Origin: Arcobacteraceae bacterium
GTDB lineage: Bacteria > Campylobacterota > Campylobacteria > Campylobacterales > Arcobacteraceae
Direction: 5' to 3'
Assembly (NCBI GenBank): GCA_963662945.1
Contig: OY759974.1
Coordinates: forward strand, 1,472,001-1,536,000
DNA: 64,000 nucleotides
Every line of letters begins with the position of its first letter. Within the stretch, counting starts at the first letter, position 1. The notes under the pieces were generated by a model. It searched no databases. It had not been told where the DNA came from and saw nothing but the letters and a program-made list of their open reading frames with translations. This document shows, in pieces, positions 40,992 through 50,268 of this stretch. Made by a program: the position numbers and the translations under genes.

Positions 40992-41780
40992 TTAATTTTT
41001 TAATTGATTTACTATTTGAAGCATAGTATCAGTTGTCGTGATTGACTTTGAGTTTGCTTCATATCCTCTTTGTGCCGTAATTAGGTTTACCATTTCTGTT
41101 ACAAGTTGTACATTTGAACCTTCTAACATACCTTGCCTAATAGTTCCCATACCATTTAGTCCTGGTGTTTCATCAATAGGGTCTCCTGATGTATCAGTTG
41201 CAAGGTATAAACTATCTCCTTGAGGTGCTAATCCAGAAGGATTGATAAAATTTACTAATGTAATTTGTCCAAGTGTTTGTACTGCACCTGTTGCTGGTTC
41301 AGTTGCTGAAACTGTACCATCTTGTGCTATAGAGATATTTATAAGATCTTCAGGAATAACAATTTCTGGTTCAACTTTGTATCCTAATCCATTTACTAAA
41401 GTCCCTTCACTATCAAGTTTAAAAGAACCATTTCTCGTGTATGCAGTTTCTCCTGCTGGTGTAGTAACTTGAAAAAAACCATTCCCTTGTATAGCCATAT
41501 CATAAGTATTCCCAGTTTCAAGTAAACTTCCTTGCGTAAAGTTTTTTTGAATACCTGCAACTCTAACTCCTAACCCAGTGTCAATTCCTGTTGGATTATT
41601 TGTATCTGCACTAGTTGCTCCAGCAGTATAATTTAAAGATTGGTACATAAGGTCCTGAAACTCGGTTCTATCCTTCTTGAATGCTGTTGTATTAACGTTC
41701 GCTATGTTGTTTGAGATAACATCAATGTCTTGTTGTTGTGCAACCATTCCAGCTGCTGCTGTGTGAAGTCCTCTAATCAT
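40992..41780 (-). CDS. flgG: Flagellar distal rod protein FlgG
   Basis: NNIANVNTTAFKKDRTEFQDLMYQ, YTRNGSF, EMVNLITAQRGYEANSK. Confidence 0.96.
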   Translation of the reverse strand: MIRGLHTAAAGMVAQQQDIDVISNNIANVNTTAFKKDRTEFQDLMYQSLNYTAGATSADTNNPTGIDTGLGVRVAGIQKNFTQGSLLETGNTYDMAIQGNGFFQVTTPAGETAYTRNGSFKLDSEGTLVNGLGYKVEPEIVIPEDLINISIAQDGTVSATEPATGAVQTLGQITLVNFINPSGLAPQGDSLYLATDTSGDPIDETPGLNGMGTIRQGMLEGSNVQLVTEMVNLITAQRGYEANSKSITTTDTMLQIVNQLKN

Positions 41781-41914
41781 TACATATCCTTCTTGTTTAA
41801 GTTCATTAATTTTACTAAAATTATTATTAAATATATATAAAGTCTAAATTAAGATATAATTTAAAGAAAATTTAGTACAATGTGATGAGATATTTAATAT
41901 GAAAAAGGGATGAT

Positions 41915-42283
41915 ATGCGTATATTAATTGTAGACGATAGTTCAACTATGAGAAGAATAATTGGAAATGTTGTTCAGCAACTAGGTGTTTCAAAAGAAGA
42001 TTTTGATGAAGCTGAGGATGGTGTAGTTGCATGGAAACTTTTTCAAGAAAAAAATAATTATGACGTTGTTCTTACAGATTGGAATATGCCAAATATGAAT
42101 GGATTGGATCTTGTAAAGCATATAAGGACAGCTAATAAAACAGTTCCTATTGTAATGATTACAACTGAAGGTGGTAAGGGAGAAGTTATTACAGCTTTAA
42201 AAGCGGGAGTTAATAACTATATTGTTAAGCCATTTAGTGCAGATATATTAAAAGAAAAACTAGACGGACTAGTTAAGGGATAA
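41915..42283 (+). CDS. cheY: Chemotaxis response regulator CheY
   Basis: VDDSSTMRRI, TDWNMPNMNG, TTEGGKGEVITALKAGVNNYIVKPF. Confidence 0.95.
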   Translation: MRILIVDDSSTMRRIIGNVVQQLGVSKEDFDEAEDGVVAWKLFQEKNNYDVVLTDWNMPNMNGLDLVKHIRTANKTVPIVMITTEGGKGEVITALKAGVNNYIVKPFSADILKEKLDGLVKG

Positions 42284-42286
42284 CCT

Positions 42287-43135
42287 ATGAGTATGAGTCA
42301 AGCAGAGATTGAAGCACTTATGAGTGGTGCTGAATCTATAGAACCAGATGAAGTAGAAGAAGTATCGGCTGATGAGCAATCAAATGAAATTGCTGAAGAT
42401 GTACAAACTGAAGTACAAGAGACTCAAGAGAGTGAAGAAGCAACACCAGACACTGTAGAAGATGATAATAGTAATATAGATGATATCTTAGCAGGTATAG
42501 ATGGTATTGTTGATGATGGTAATGAACTAGAAGAAGAAATTGCAAATAATATAGAAGAAAAAGAAGTAAAAAAAGAAGAATCAATTGAAGATTTAATTGA
42601 TTTAAATCAATATCCTATGCCTGTAAAAAATGAAAATAAAGTAGTAAATCAATTAAATGAAGTAGCTGATGACAGTGAAGAAAAAGCATCCCAAATTTTT
42701 GATGTGTTAAGTTTTATTCTTGATGAGAATAATGAAATTCAAAATTACAATAAAAGTATGGGAGAATTTATAAATACTCAAGTAGAATTATTAAGTGCTT
42801 TATCTAAAAAATTTCCAAATATAGATGTTTTTAGTGATAATTTAGAAATAGCAAAAAATCTTGTTGAGGCTTCTCAAAATTTATCAGCAAAAGTTGATGG
42901 TGAGAATAATAAAGTTTTTGAAGCTATGGAATTAATGCAATATCACGATATAAATCGTCAAAAAATAGAACGAGTAATGGCAGTTATTAGAAAATTAAAT
43001 AGTTACCTAAATGGTATTTTTGAAGATGATAACGATAAGCCTGAAGTACAAATAGCAAAACATATCTCAGGGGATTCTAATGATATTGTTGGTGCAGATG
43101 ATATAGACTCATTAATTGCAGAGTTTTCAAATTAA
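42287..43135 (+). CDS. cheZ: CheZ-like phosphatase (Campylobacterota type)
   Basis: MQYHDINRQKIERV (DxxxQ), C-term DDIDSLIAEF, next to cheY. Confidence 0.85.
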   Translation: MSMSQAEIEALMSGAESIEPDEVEEVSADEQSNEIAEDVQTEVQETQESEEATPDTVEDDNSNIDDILAGIDGIVDDGNELEEEIANNIEEKEVKKEESIEDLIDLNQYPMPVKNENKVVNQLNEVADDSEEKASQIFDVLSFILDENNEIQNYNKSMGEFINTQVELLSALSKKFPNIDVFSDNLEIAKNLVEASQNLSAKVDGENNKVFEAMELMQYHDINRQKIERVMAVIRKLNSYLNGIFEDDNDKPEVQIAKHISGDSNDIVGADDIDSLIAEFSN

Positions 43136-43144
43136 GGATAAATA

Positions 43145-43867
43145 ATGACACAAGGACTACACCCATTAGCAGCTAATATGGTTAACCAACTGAATAGAGT
43201 TGATGTATTGTCAAATAATCTAGCAAATGCGAATACAAAAGGCTTCAAAGAAGATAACTTAGTAGAGGGGTCTTTTAATCATTATTTAGATAAAGCACAA
43301 CAAAAAGATGAACCTACTTTAAAACTAAGTGAAGTTATGAATACAATACCTAAAATTGATGGTGAATATATGAATCAAGAGGTGGGCTCTATAACACAAA
43401 CAGGAAATCAATTAGATTTTGCACTAAGTCAAGAAAATATGTTTTTTAAAGTTCAAAATAAAAATGGTGATATTGAATTAACACGAGATGGTGGTTTTAA
43501 AATACTAGAAGGTAGACTTGTAACACAAAATGGAAATAATGTATTAGACGATAATAATCAGCCAATAACTGTTGGAGATGATAATGAATTTGCAACAAAT
43601 ATATCTGTCGTATCAACTCAATTTTCAAATTTAAATAAAATAGGAAATAATAATTATAAAGTTAACGATTTCAATCAAGTTACGATTGTTGCAAATAGTA
43701 ATGAAAATTTACTTCAAGGTGCAATAGAGCAAAGTAATGTTAGTACTATAAAATCAATGGTTACTTTGATTGAAGCACAAAGAAAATTTGAACAAGATCA
43801 AAAAGCTGTAAATGGAATTGATGCTTTAAATAGAAAAGTTATTGAATCTATTGGGAATAATGGGTAA
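43145..43867 (+). CDS. flgF: Flagellar proximal rod protein FlgF
   Basis: SNNLANANTKGFK, TGNQLDFAL, TRDGGF, IEQSNV. Confidence 0.82.
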   Translation: MTQGLHPLAANMVNQLNRVDVLSNNLANANTKGFKEDNLVEGSFNHYLDKAQQKDEPTLKLSEVMNTIPKIDGEYMNQEVGSITQTGNQLDFALSQENMFFKVQNKNGDIELTRDGGFKILEGRLVTQNGNNVLDDNNQPITVGDDNEFATNISVVSTQFSNLNKIGNNNYKVNDFNQVTIVANSNENLLQGAIEQSNVSTIKSMVTLIEAQRKFEQDQKAVNGIDALNRKVIESIGNNG

Positions 43868-43874
43868 TACTTAG

Positions 43875-44279
43875 ATGCAACCAAGTAGTGTAACAGATTT
43901 ATTATTTCAACAATTAAACTTTCGAGGTGAGAGACAAAAAGTAATATCATCAAATATCGCTAATATTGATACACCAGATTTTAAAACTAAAGATTTAAAG
44001 TTTAAAAATGAACTAGAAAAATCTAAGTATGAATCACAATTAAAATTAACCAGAACACACAATCATCATCTTCCTTTAATGGATAGTTCAAATAAGAATA
44101 GTATGGAATTATATGAAGTACAAGGGCTGCCAGAACAAAATGATGGAAATAATGTTAATTTAGATACACAAATGAGTAATATGTCAAAAAACTCAATTAT
44201 GTTTAGTGCTATACAAAATTCTATTAAAAAAGATTCAGCATGGTTTAAAACAGTTATTGATGCTTCAAGTAAAAATTAA
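43875..44279 (+). CDS. flgB: Flagellar rod protein FlgB
   Basis: RQKVISSNIANIDTPDFKTKD, DGNNVNLD. Confidence 0.95.
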   Translation: MQPSSVTDLLFQQLNFRGERQKVISSNIANIDTPDFKTKDLKFKNELEKSKYESQLKLTRTHNHHLPLMDSSNKNSMELYEVQGLPEQNDGNNVNLDTQMSNMSKNSIMFSAIQNSIKKDSAWFKTVIDASSKN

Positions 44280-44294
44280 TAGGATATAGGTAAT

Positions 44295-45971
44295 ATGGAT
44301 CAAATCATTAAATTTATTAATAATCTAAACTCAGGTCAAAGAGCCGTAATAATAGGTGGATTTTCTATTTTATTTTTATTTTTAATGGGTTTATTAATCT
44401 ACTCAAATATTAAAGCAAAAGATGAAGAGTTAAATTATACAATCGCAACTAACCTTACAAAAAATCAAGTTATGTTAGCAAGCAACGAATTAGATGGGGC
44501 ATCTATACCTTATTTAGTTGTAGGAAGTGGTAATAATCTTACATTAAAAACAAACAAAAATAATATAAATGTTGCAAAAATTAAATTAGTTACAAGTGAT
44601 GCTGCAACAGCGAAACACACAGGATGGGAAATATTTGATAAAAGTTCATTGGGAACTACAAATTTTGAAAATAAAGTAAAATATTTAAGAGCTTTAGAGG
44701 GTGAGTTAGGAAGATCACTAGAATCAATTACAGGTATTTTATCAGCATCTGTTAAAATTGCAATACCTAAAGAGTCAGTTTTTACACAAAGAAAAGTACC
44801 TCCTACTGCATCTGCTGTATTAAATTTACGTGAAGGTACAGCTTTATCTCAAAGACAAATTGCAGGAATTAAAAATTTTATCGCATCTGCTATTCCAAAG
44901 TTATTACCAGAAAATATAAAGCTTATTAATCAAAATGGTTCATTATTAGAGAATAGTGAAGAAGATATTGAAAGTTTAAAATATATTCAACATGAAAAAT
45001 ATAAAACAAAATTAGAATCAGATTATGAGAATAAGATTAAAGATCTTTTATCAAATGTACTTGGTGGAAATAGAATGTCTGCAAAAGTATCAATTGAATT
45101 AGATTTTACTAAACAAGAAATAAGTCAAGAAATTTATGATCCGGAGGGGACAATTAGAAGTCAACAAACAACTGAAATAGCTAGTCAATCAGATGCTCAG
45201 GAACCAAAACCAGGTGGAGTACCAGGAGTACAAAGTAATATTGAAGATCCTGAGGCTCAAAATGGTTTGAAAACAACAAAAGCATCATCAGAAGAAGCTA
45301 AAAATGTAACAAACTATGAAATTTCTAAAAAAATAATAAATCAAAAAAATAATGCTTATGCAAGTATTGCAAATATAACAGCTGCAGTAACATTTGATTC
45401 TAAAATTTTAGAAAAGATTGAAAATAAAGAAGAGTTCTTAGCTGGTTTGAATGCTATTGTACAAGAAGCAATAGGATACAAAGAGAAAAGAGGAGATAGA
45501 GTTACTGTAAAAGCTTTTAAATATTTAGAGATAGATGAAAAAACAAATCAAGCACAACAGCAAGAGGATGCTTCTTTAGGTGTTTCTAGTGTGCAAAATA
45601 TATTTAAAGAATATGAACAATATATTCAATATTTAATTGCAATGATTTTATTATTTATATTTTATAAAAAATTTATAGCAAATAATGAAATTGCATTAAT
45701 GGGTGAAAATAAAACTGTTGGTACAAATAACTTAGACGAAGATTTTGAATTTAGTGAGTTTGATACTAATGATGCAAGAAGTAAATTAAAAGCTAAGGTA
45801 AAAAGTCAAATTTTAAATAACTTAGATGGTTTAGATGCTGAAGAAGCTGCGAAGTATGAAGTATTAATTGAACAGATAGATAAAGCAGTTTCGGACAATC
45901 CTCAAGATATAGCACAAATGATAAAAATGCTACTTCAAGAGGGCGACAGCAAGTTTAAGTCGAAAGGGTAA
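44295..45971 (+). CDS. fliF: MS-ring protein FliF
   Basis: GWEIFD, LRALEGELGRS, PTASAVL, GGVPGVQSNI, NYEISK, RGDRVTV. Confidence 0.96.
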   Translation: MDQIIKFINNLNSGQRAVIIGGFSILFLFLMGLLIYSNIKAKDEELNYTIATNLTKNQVMLASNELDGASIPYLVVGSGNNLTLKTNKNNINVAKIKLVTSDAATAKHTGWEIFDKSSLGTTNFENKVKYLRALEGELGRSLESITGILSASVKIAIPKESVFTQRKVPPTASAVLNLREGTALSQRQIAGIKNFIASAIPKLLPENIKLINQNGSLLENSEEDIESLKYIQHEKYKTKLESDYENKIKDLLSNVLGGNRMSAKVSIELDFTKQEISQEIYDPEGTIRSQQTTEIASQSDAQEPKPGGVPGVQSNIEDPEAQNGLKTTKASSEEAKNVTNYEISKKIINQKNNAYASIANITAAVTFDSKILEKIENKEEFLAGLNAIVQEAIGYKEKRGDRVTVKAFKYLEIDEKTNQAQQQEDASLGVSSVQNIFKEYEQYIQYLIAMILLFIFYKKFIANNEIALMGENKTVGTNNLDEDFEFSEFDTNDARSKLKAKVKSQILNNLDGLDAEEAAKYEVLIEQIDKAVSDNPQDIAQMIKMLLQEGDSKFKSKG

Positions 45972-45974
45972 TTA

Positions 45975-46985
45975 ATGTCAACAATACAAGCAAATTATGA
46001 ATTACTGACAGGTATGCCTATGATAGAAAAAGTTGCACACTTTTGTGTACTTATAGGAGAAGAGGCAACAGTTAAAATTTTTCAAAGTTTACCAAAAGAG
46101 ATTGTTGAAGATTTATCTATTCAAATATCTCAAATAAGATCTATTGATAAAGCTATATCACTGGCAATATTAGAAGAGTTTCACCTCTTTATTAAGTCAA
46201 GTGCATATATTAGTAGTGGTGGATTTGATTATGCAAAAGATATTTTATACAAGTCATTAGGAAAAGCAGAGGCGGATAAGGTTCTTGCAAAATTAGCAAG
46301 AATGCAAGAAGCAAAACAATCTTTTGCCTATCTTGATAATATTGATCCAAAACAATTAGCTGACTTTATTAAAGATGAGTCTCCTCAAACAATAGCAGTT
46401 GTTTTAGCACATATGGAACCAGAGGATTCTTCTACAGTATTATCAAAACTTGATGAGAATTTAAGGGTAAAAGTTTCAATGCAAATGGCTACCATTAAAG
46501 ATGTTTCACCAACAATTGTAAGATCAATGTCAAATGTACTTGAGAAAAAACTAGAATCATTGTTAGCATCGATTGTTACTGTTGGTGGTGTAAAAACAGT
46601 AGCCGATATGTTGAATAAAATGGGACCAAAAGCAAATGAAATTTTAGCAAATATTAATGGATTAGATGCAGAGTTAGCTGCAAAAATAAAAGAAAAAATG
46701 TTCGTATTTGAAGATTTATTAGCATTAGAAACAAATGATATTATGAAAGTTTTAGGAAATGTTGAAACAGAAGATTTAACAATAGCTTTAAAAAATGCTA
46801 CAGAAGATGAAATGGATACAATTAAAAGTGCTATGTCTCAAAGAGCTAAAGATAGATTTAACGAAGAGTTTGAGATGTTAGGAAAAGTGAAAATTAAAGA
46901 TATCGAAGAAGCACAAAGAAAAATTCTTGAAGTTGCAATGAGACTACTAGAAAGTGGTGAAATTGAAAGAGCAGATGAGGAATAA
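45975..46985 (+). CDS. fliG: Motor switch protein FliG
   Basis: GGFDYAK, ESPQTIAVVLAH, GGVKTVA, MFVFEDL, MSQRA. Confidence 0.96.
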   Translation: MSTIQANYELLTGMPMIEKVAHFCVLIGEEATVKIFQSLPKEIVEDLSIQISQIRSIDKAISLAILEEFHLFIKSSAYISSGGFDYAKDILYKSLGKAEADKVLAKLARMQEAKQSFAYLDNIDPKQLADFIKDESPQTIAVVLAHMEPEDSSTVLSKLDENLRVKVSMQMATIKDVSPTIVRSMSNVLEKKLESLLASIVTVGGVKTVADMLNKMGPKANEILANINGLDAELAAKIKEKMFVFEDLLALETNDIMKVLGNVETEDLTIALKNATEDEMDTIKSAMSQRAKDRFNEEFEMLGKVKIKDIEEAQRKILEVAMRLLESGEIERADEE

Positions 46986-46987
46986 AA

Positions 46988-47650
46988 ATGTCAACAAATA
47001 ATGTAAATACAACAGCTAGTATTATTAAGTCACATCAAGAAGCTCAACCTTATGAATTAGGAAACTTTATTTCAAATAATCAGTCTCAAAATGACCAAAT
47101 GAGAAATGTCGCTGTATTAAATGATAAAACAATTAATGGAAATGTTGATCCGGTAATTCAAGAGATACAAAAATTACAACAATCTATGATGGAAATTGCA
47201 CAAAAAGTTACCATGATAGAGAATGATGGTATTAAAGGTAGAGATTTAGATAAACAACTTATTGAAGCATTAAAAGATTTAAAACATTATTCAACTTTTT
47301 TTGAGCAAGCAACATTTCAAATGGAAACTAAACTTTTAAAAACATCATTGTCAATTGCAAAAAAAATAATTGGTATTGAAGTTGGTGAATCATCATCAAA
47401 AATTGCTAAAGAAACAATATTAAGCATGATGGACAAAATTAAAACTGCTTCAAAAGTTACAATACATTTAAATCCAAAAGATTACATTGTATTGAAAGAT
47501 CAACTAAATTTTGATTCCTTTGTAAACATTCAAGAAGATTCAAATGTAACTGCAGGTGGAGTTGTAATAGCAAGTGATCTTGGTAATTTTGATGGAAATG
47601 TAGAGTCTAAAATTCAAAGTATGCTTGAATCTCTTGATGCAATTATATAA
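46988..47650 (+). CDS. fliH: Flagellar assembly protein FliH
   Basis: IHLNPKDY, GGVVIASDLGNFDG; follows fliG. Confidence 0.88.
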   Translation: MSTNNVNTTASIIKSHQEAQPYELGNFISNNQSQNDQMRNVAVLNDKTINGNVDPVIQEIQKLQQSMMEIAQKVTMIENDGIKGRDLDKQLIEALKDLKHYSTFFEQATFQMETKLLKTSLSIAKKIIGIEVGESSSKIAKETILSMMDKIKTASKVTIHLNPKDYIVLKDQLNFDSFVNIQEDSNVTAGGVVIASDLGNFDGNVESKIQSMLESLDAII

Positions 47651-47719
47651 CTTAAATTAAATAAAACTCAAAAAATATACTTAATCTCATTTAATTATTA
47701 TACAAAATTATATTTTTTA

Positions 47720-47728
47720 TGATATAAT
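47720..47728 (+). promoter_or_regulatory. Extended -10 (TGATATAAT) for fliN-flgD-flgE operon
   Basis: Perfect TGnTATAAT in fliH-fliN spacer. Confidence 0.6.
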
Positions 47729-47756
47729 ATTTGAAAATAACGGAAAAGATGACTAA

Positions 47757-48044
47757 ATGGAAATTACAACAAATGATTACGAAGTTCTAGTTGATACTGA
47801 AGCTAAGGTTGATGTGATGCTAGGTCATACAGATATTACAGTGAAAGATTTTCTAGACTTTTGTGAGGGAGATGTTATTCCTTTGAACAAATTAGCTGGA
47901 GAAGGTGGTGATATCTTCGTAAATGAAAGGGTTATTGGTACTGGAGATATTATTGTTATTGATGAAAAATTAGCAATAAGAGTTCAAGATGCCATGAGTC
48001 CAGAAAAAGTTGTTAATTTCTTTTTTGATGAAAAATCTGTATAG
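47757..48044 (+). CDS. fliN: Motor switch protein FliN (SpoA domain)
   Basis: VDVMLG, LNKLAGE, VNERVIGTGDIIVIDEKLAIRV. Confidence 0.88.
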   Translation: MEITTNDYEVLVDTEAKVDVMLGHTDITVKDFLDFCEGDVIPLNKLAGEGGDIFVNERVIGTGDIIVIDEKLAIRVQDAMSPEKVVNFFFDEKSV

Positions 48045-48053
48045 GAGTATATT

Positions 48054-48734
48054 ATGGCAGTAGATAGTGTAGTAACAAAAAGTGCAACAGGTGTAGATGG
48101 TAATGCTTATACAACAGCTGTTAGTAATGATCAATTAACAACACAAGATTTCTTAACACTTATGCTTGAAGAGATGAAAATGCAAGATCCAACAGATCCA
48201 ATGGATAGTTCTGCTTTAATGGATAGCCAATTAAAAATGTCAACTATTGAATCAAATTTAGCATTAACAGAGTCTATGCAGGCAATGCAAGCTTCTTATG
48301 CTTCATCTGCGCTTGCAACTGCTGCTAATATAATAGGTCATGTGGTAGAAGATGGCTCCACAAATGACAAAGGAGAAATCAAATCTTATGTAGTAGAAAC
48401 TATAGAGAATAAAGATGGAGAACTTTATGTCAATGCAAAAGAAGTCATTGGAGTTAAAGATGCTTTAGTTAATAAAGAAACGGAATTATTAACAATATAT
48501 GATGCCGATGGATATATCTATGAAGATGGTGAAAAAACAGAAAATAGACTTGCATTAGATGCTAATGGAAGATTTACTTATAATGAAGATGGAACATTAA
48601 AAATAGTTGATTCTAATAATGATGTAGTTACAGATGAAGCTATTACTTCAAAATATGCCTACTATGGCTCATCTGCTGTTTATGCTGATGAAGCAACAGT
48701 CATACCATTAGGTTCAATATTAGTAGTAAATTAA
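48054..48734 (+). CDS. flgD: Hook capping protein FlgD
   Basis: DFLTLMLEEMKMQDPTDPMD. Confidence 0.93.
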   Translation: MAVDSVVTKSATGVDGNAYTTAVSNDQLTTQDFLTLMLEEMKMQDPTDPMDSSALMDSQLKMSTIESNLALTESMQAMQASYASSALATAANIIGHVVEDGSTNDKGEIKSYVVETIENKDGELYVNAKEVIGVKDALVNKETELLTIYDADGYIYEDGEKTENRLALDANGRFTYNEDGTLKIVDSNNDVVTDEAITSKYAYYGSSAVYADEATVIPLGSILVVN

Positions 48735-48744
48735 GGATACAATT

Positions 48745-50175
48745 ATGATTACTGCAATGTCAAATGGAGTTAGTGCATTAACAGCGTTTCAAAAAGCATT
48801 AGATGTTCAGTCAAATAATGCAGCCAATGTTGGAACAATGGGTTTTAAATCTGATTATGTATCATTTTCGGATATGATGTATGATAGAAGTGTTGGTTTA
48901 GGTACAAGTATGAATAGCCCATTAAAAAGTTTTACTCAAGGGCAACTTCAACCAACAGGAAGTGAGTATGATTTTGCATTAGATGGTGATGGATTTTTTA
49001 CTGTAGCTGCACCACAAGATACAAATGTATTATATTTTACAAGATCAGGACACTTTAGTAGTGATTTAAATAATAATTTAGTAGATGAAAATGGAATGTT
49101 GGTATTAGGTGTATTACCTACAATTAGTGGTGATAGAATAACTTCAGAATATGAAAAAAGAATTGCAACATCTGTTGCTAATGGGGATACAACAACTGTT
49201 TCAACAAATACTTTTGCTACTGATTATACAAAAACAGCTACAATTACAGGTACAAGTGGACAGAATTATAAAACAAGTACTGCTAACATAAATGATATCG
49301 AAGCATTAGGTACAGCATATCAACGAGCATTAACTGCCTATGCAATAGATCCAAAAGAAGGAGAAGTTGCTTCAACTCATCAAGATATTGTAGAATTTCC
49401 TTTAATCGCAGGAGATGGAAATGAATATACAATTGAGTTAGTTATTGATGGAATAAAATTTCAACAAGATTTTGATACAAGTATTGAAAATACATTGAAT
49501 TTATTATCAGATAGTATAAATGAATATACAGGGATTACATCTTCTGTTGATACATCAACAGGAATTATGACAATAGAATCAATTGTTCCTGGTCAAAAGA
49601 TTACAGTATCTCAAGCAAAACTTAATAGTGAAAATGTATTAATTAATACAGTTAGCCTAGAGTCCGGAACTGGACAAAATTTGGTAGATGCAATTTATGA
49701 AAAGTTAAAAGCATTAATTGAATTGAATGGTGGACAAATTGCTACAACAAGAAGTGAAGTTACGAAGCCAACAAGTGGTGGTGTTTTAAATCAACAACCT
49801 ATAGTATTAGATTTAGATCAGTTAGGTATCAGTGATGAATGGTATGGTGATTTAGAAAATGATAATGGAAACCTTTATTTAGTACAAGGTGATGCTAGAT
49901 TTTTAGTTGGACAATTGGCACCAGTAATATTTGCAGATAAAAGTGGATTACAACCAGAAGGTAACAACCTTTATTCTAAAAGTAGTTCATCAGGTGAACC
50001 TATTTATGTAGAGTCTATTAGCAAAGTTGTAAGTGGTTATTTAGAAGCAAGTAACGTTAAGTTATCTGATGAGTTAGTCCATCTTTTAACATTCCAGAAA
50101 GCATTTGAAGCAAATTCAAAATCAATAACAACATCTGATGAGTTATTAAAAACAGCTCTGGCACTTAAAAATTAA
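48745..50175 (+). CDS. flgE: Flagellar hook protein FlgE paralogue (short)
   Basis: NNAANVGTMGFK, DFALDGDGFF, FTRSGHF, LEASNV..FQKAFEANSKSITT. Confidence 0.8.
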   Translation: MITAMSNGVSALTAFQKALDVQSNNAANVGTMGFKSDYVSFSDMMYDRSVGLGTSMNSPLKSFTQGQLQPTGSEYDFALDGDGFFTVAAPQDTNVLYFTRSGHFSSDLNNNLVDENGMLVLGVLPTISGDRITSEYEKRIATSVANGDTTTVSTNTFATDYTKTATITGTSGQNYKTSTANINDIEALGTAYQRALTAYAIDPKEGEVASTHQDIVEFPLIAGDGNEYTIELVIDGIKFQQDFDTSIENTLNLLSDSINEYTGITSSVDTSTGIMTIESIVPGQKITVSQAKLNSENVLINTVSLESGTGQNLVDAIYEKLKALIELNGGQIATTRSEVTKPTSGGVLNQQPIVLDLDQLGISDEWYGDLENDNGNLYLVQGDARFLVGQLAPVIFADKSGLQPEGNNLYSKSSSSGEPIYVESISKVVSGYLEASNVKLSDELVHLLTFQKAFEANSKSITTSDELLKTALALKN

Positions 50176-50180
50176 AGTGA

Positions 50181-50227
50181 CCAGATTTAAGTAGTTATTG
50201 CTATTATGCATAACTACTTAAATTTGG
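50181..50227. other. Long intercistronic stem-loop between the two flgE genes
   Basis: CCAGATTTAAGTAGTTATTGC-TATTAT-GCATAACTACTTAAATTTGG, ~20-bp stem, no U-tract. Confidence 0.65.
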
Positions 50228-50268
50228 ACATTTAACTATGTTCATAATTATTATATAAAGGAATCATC

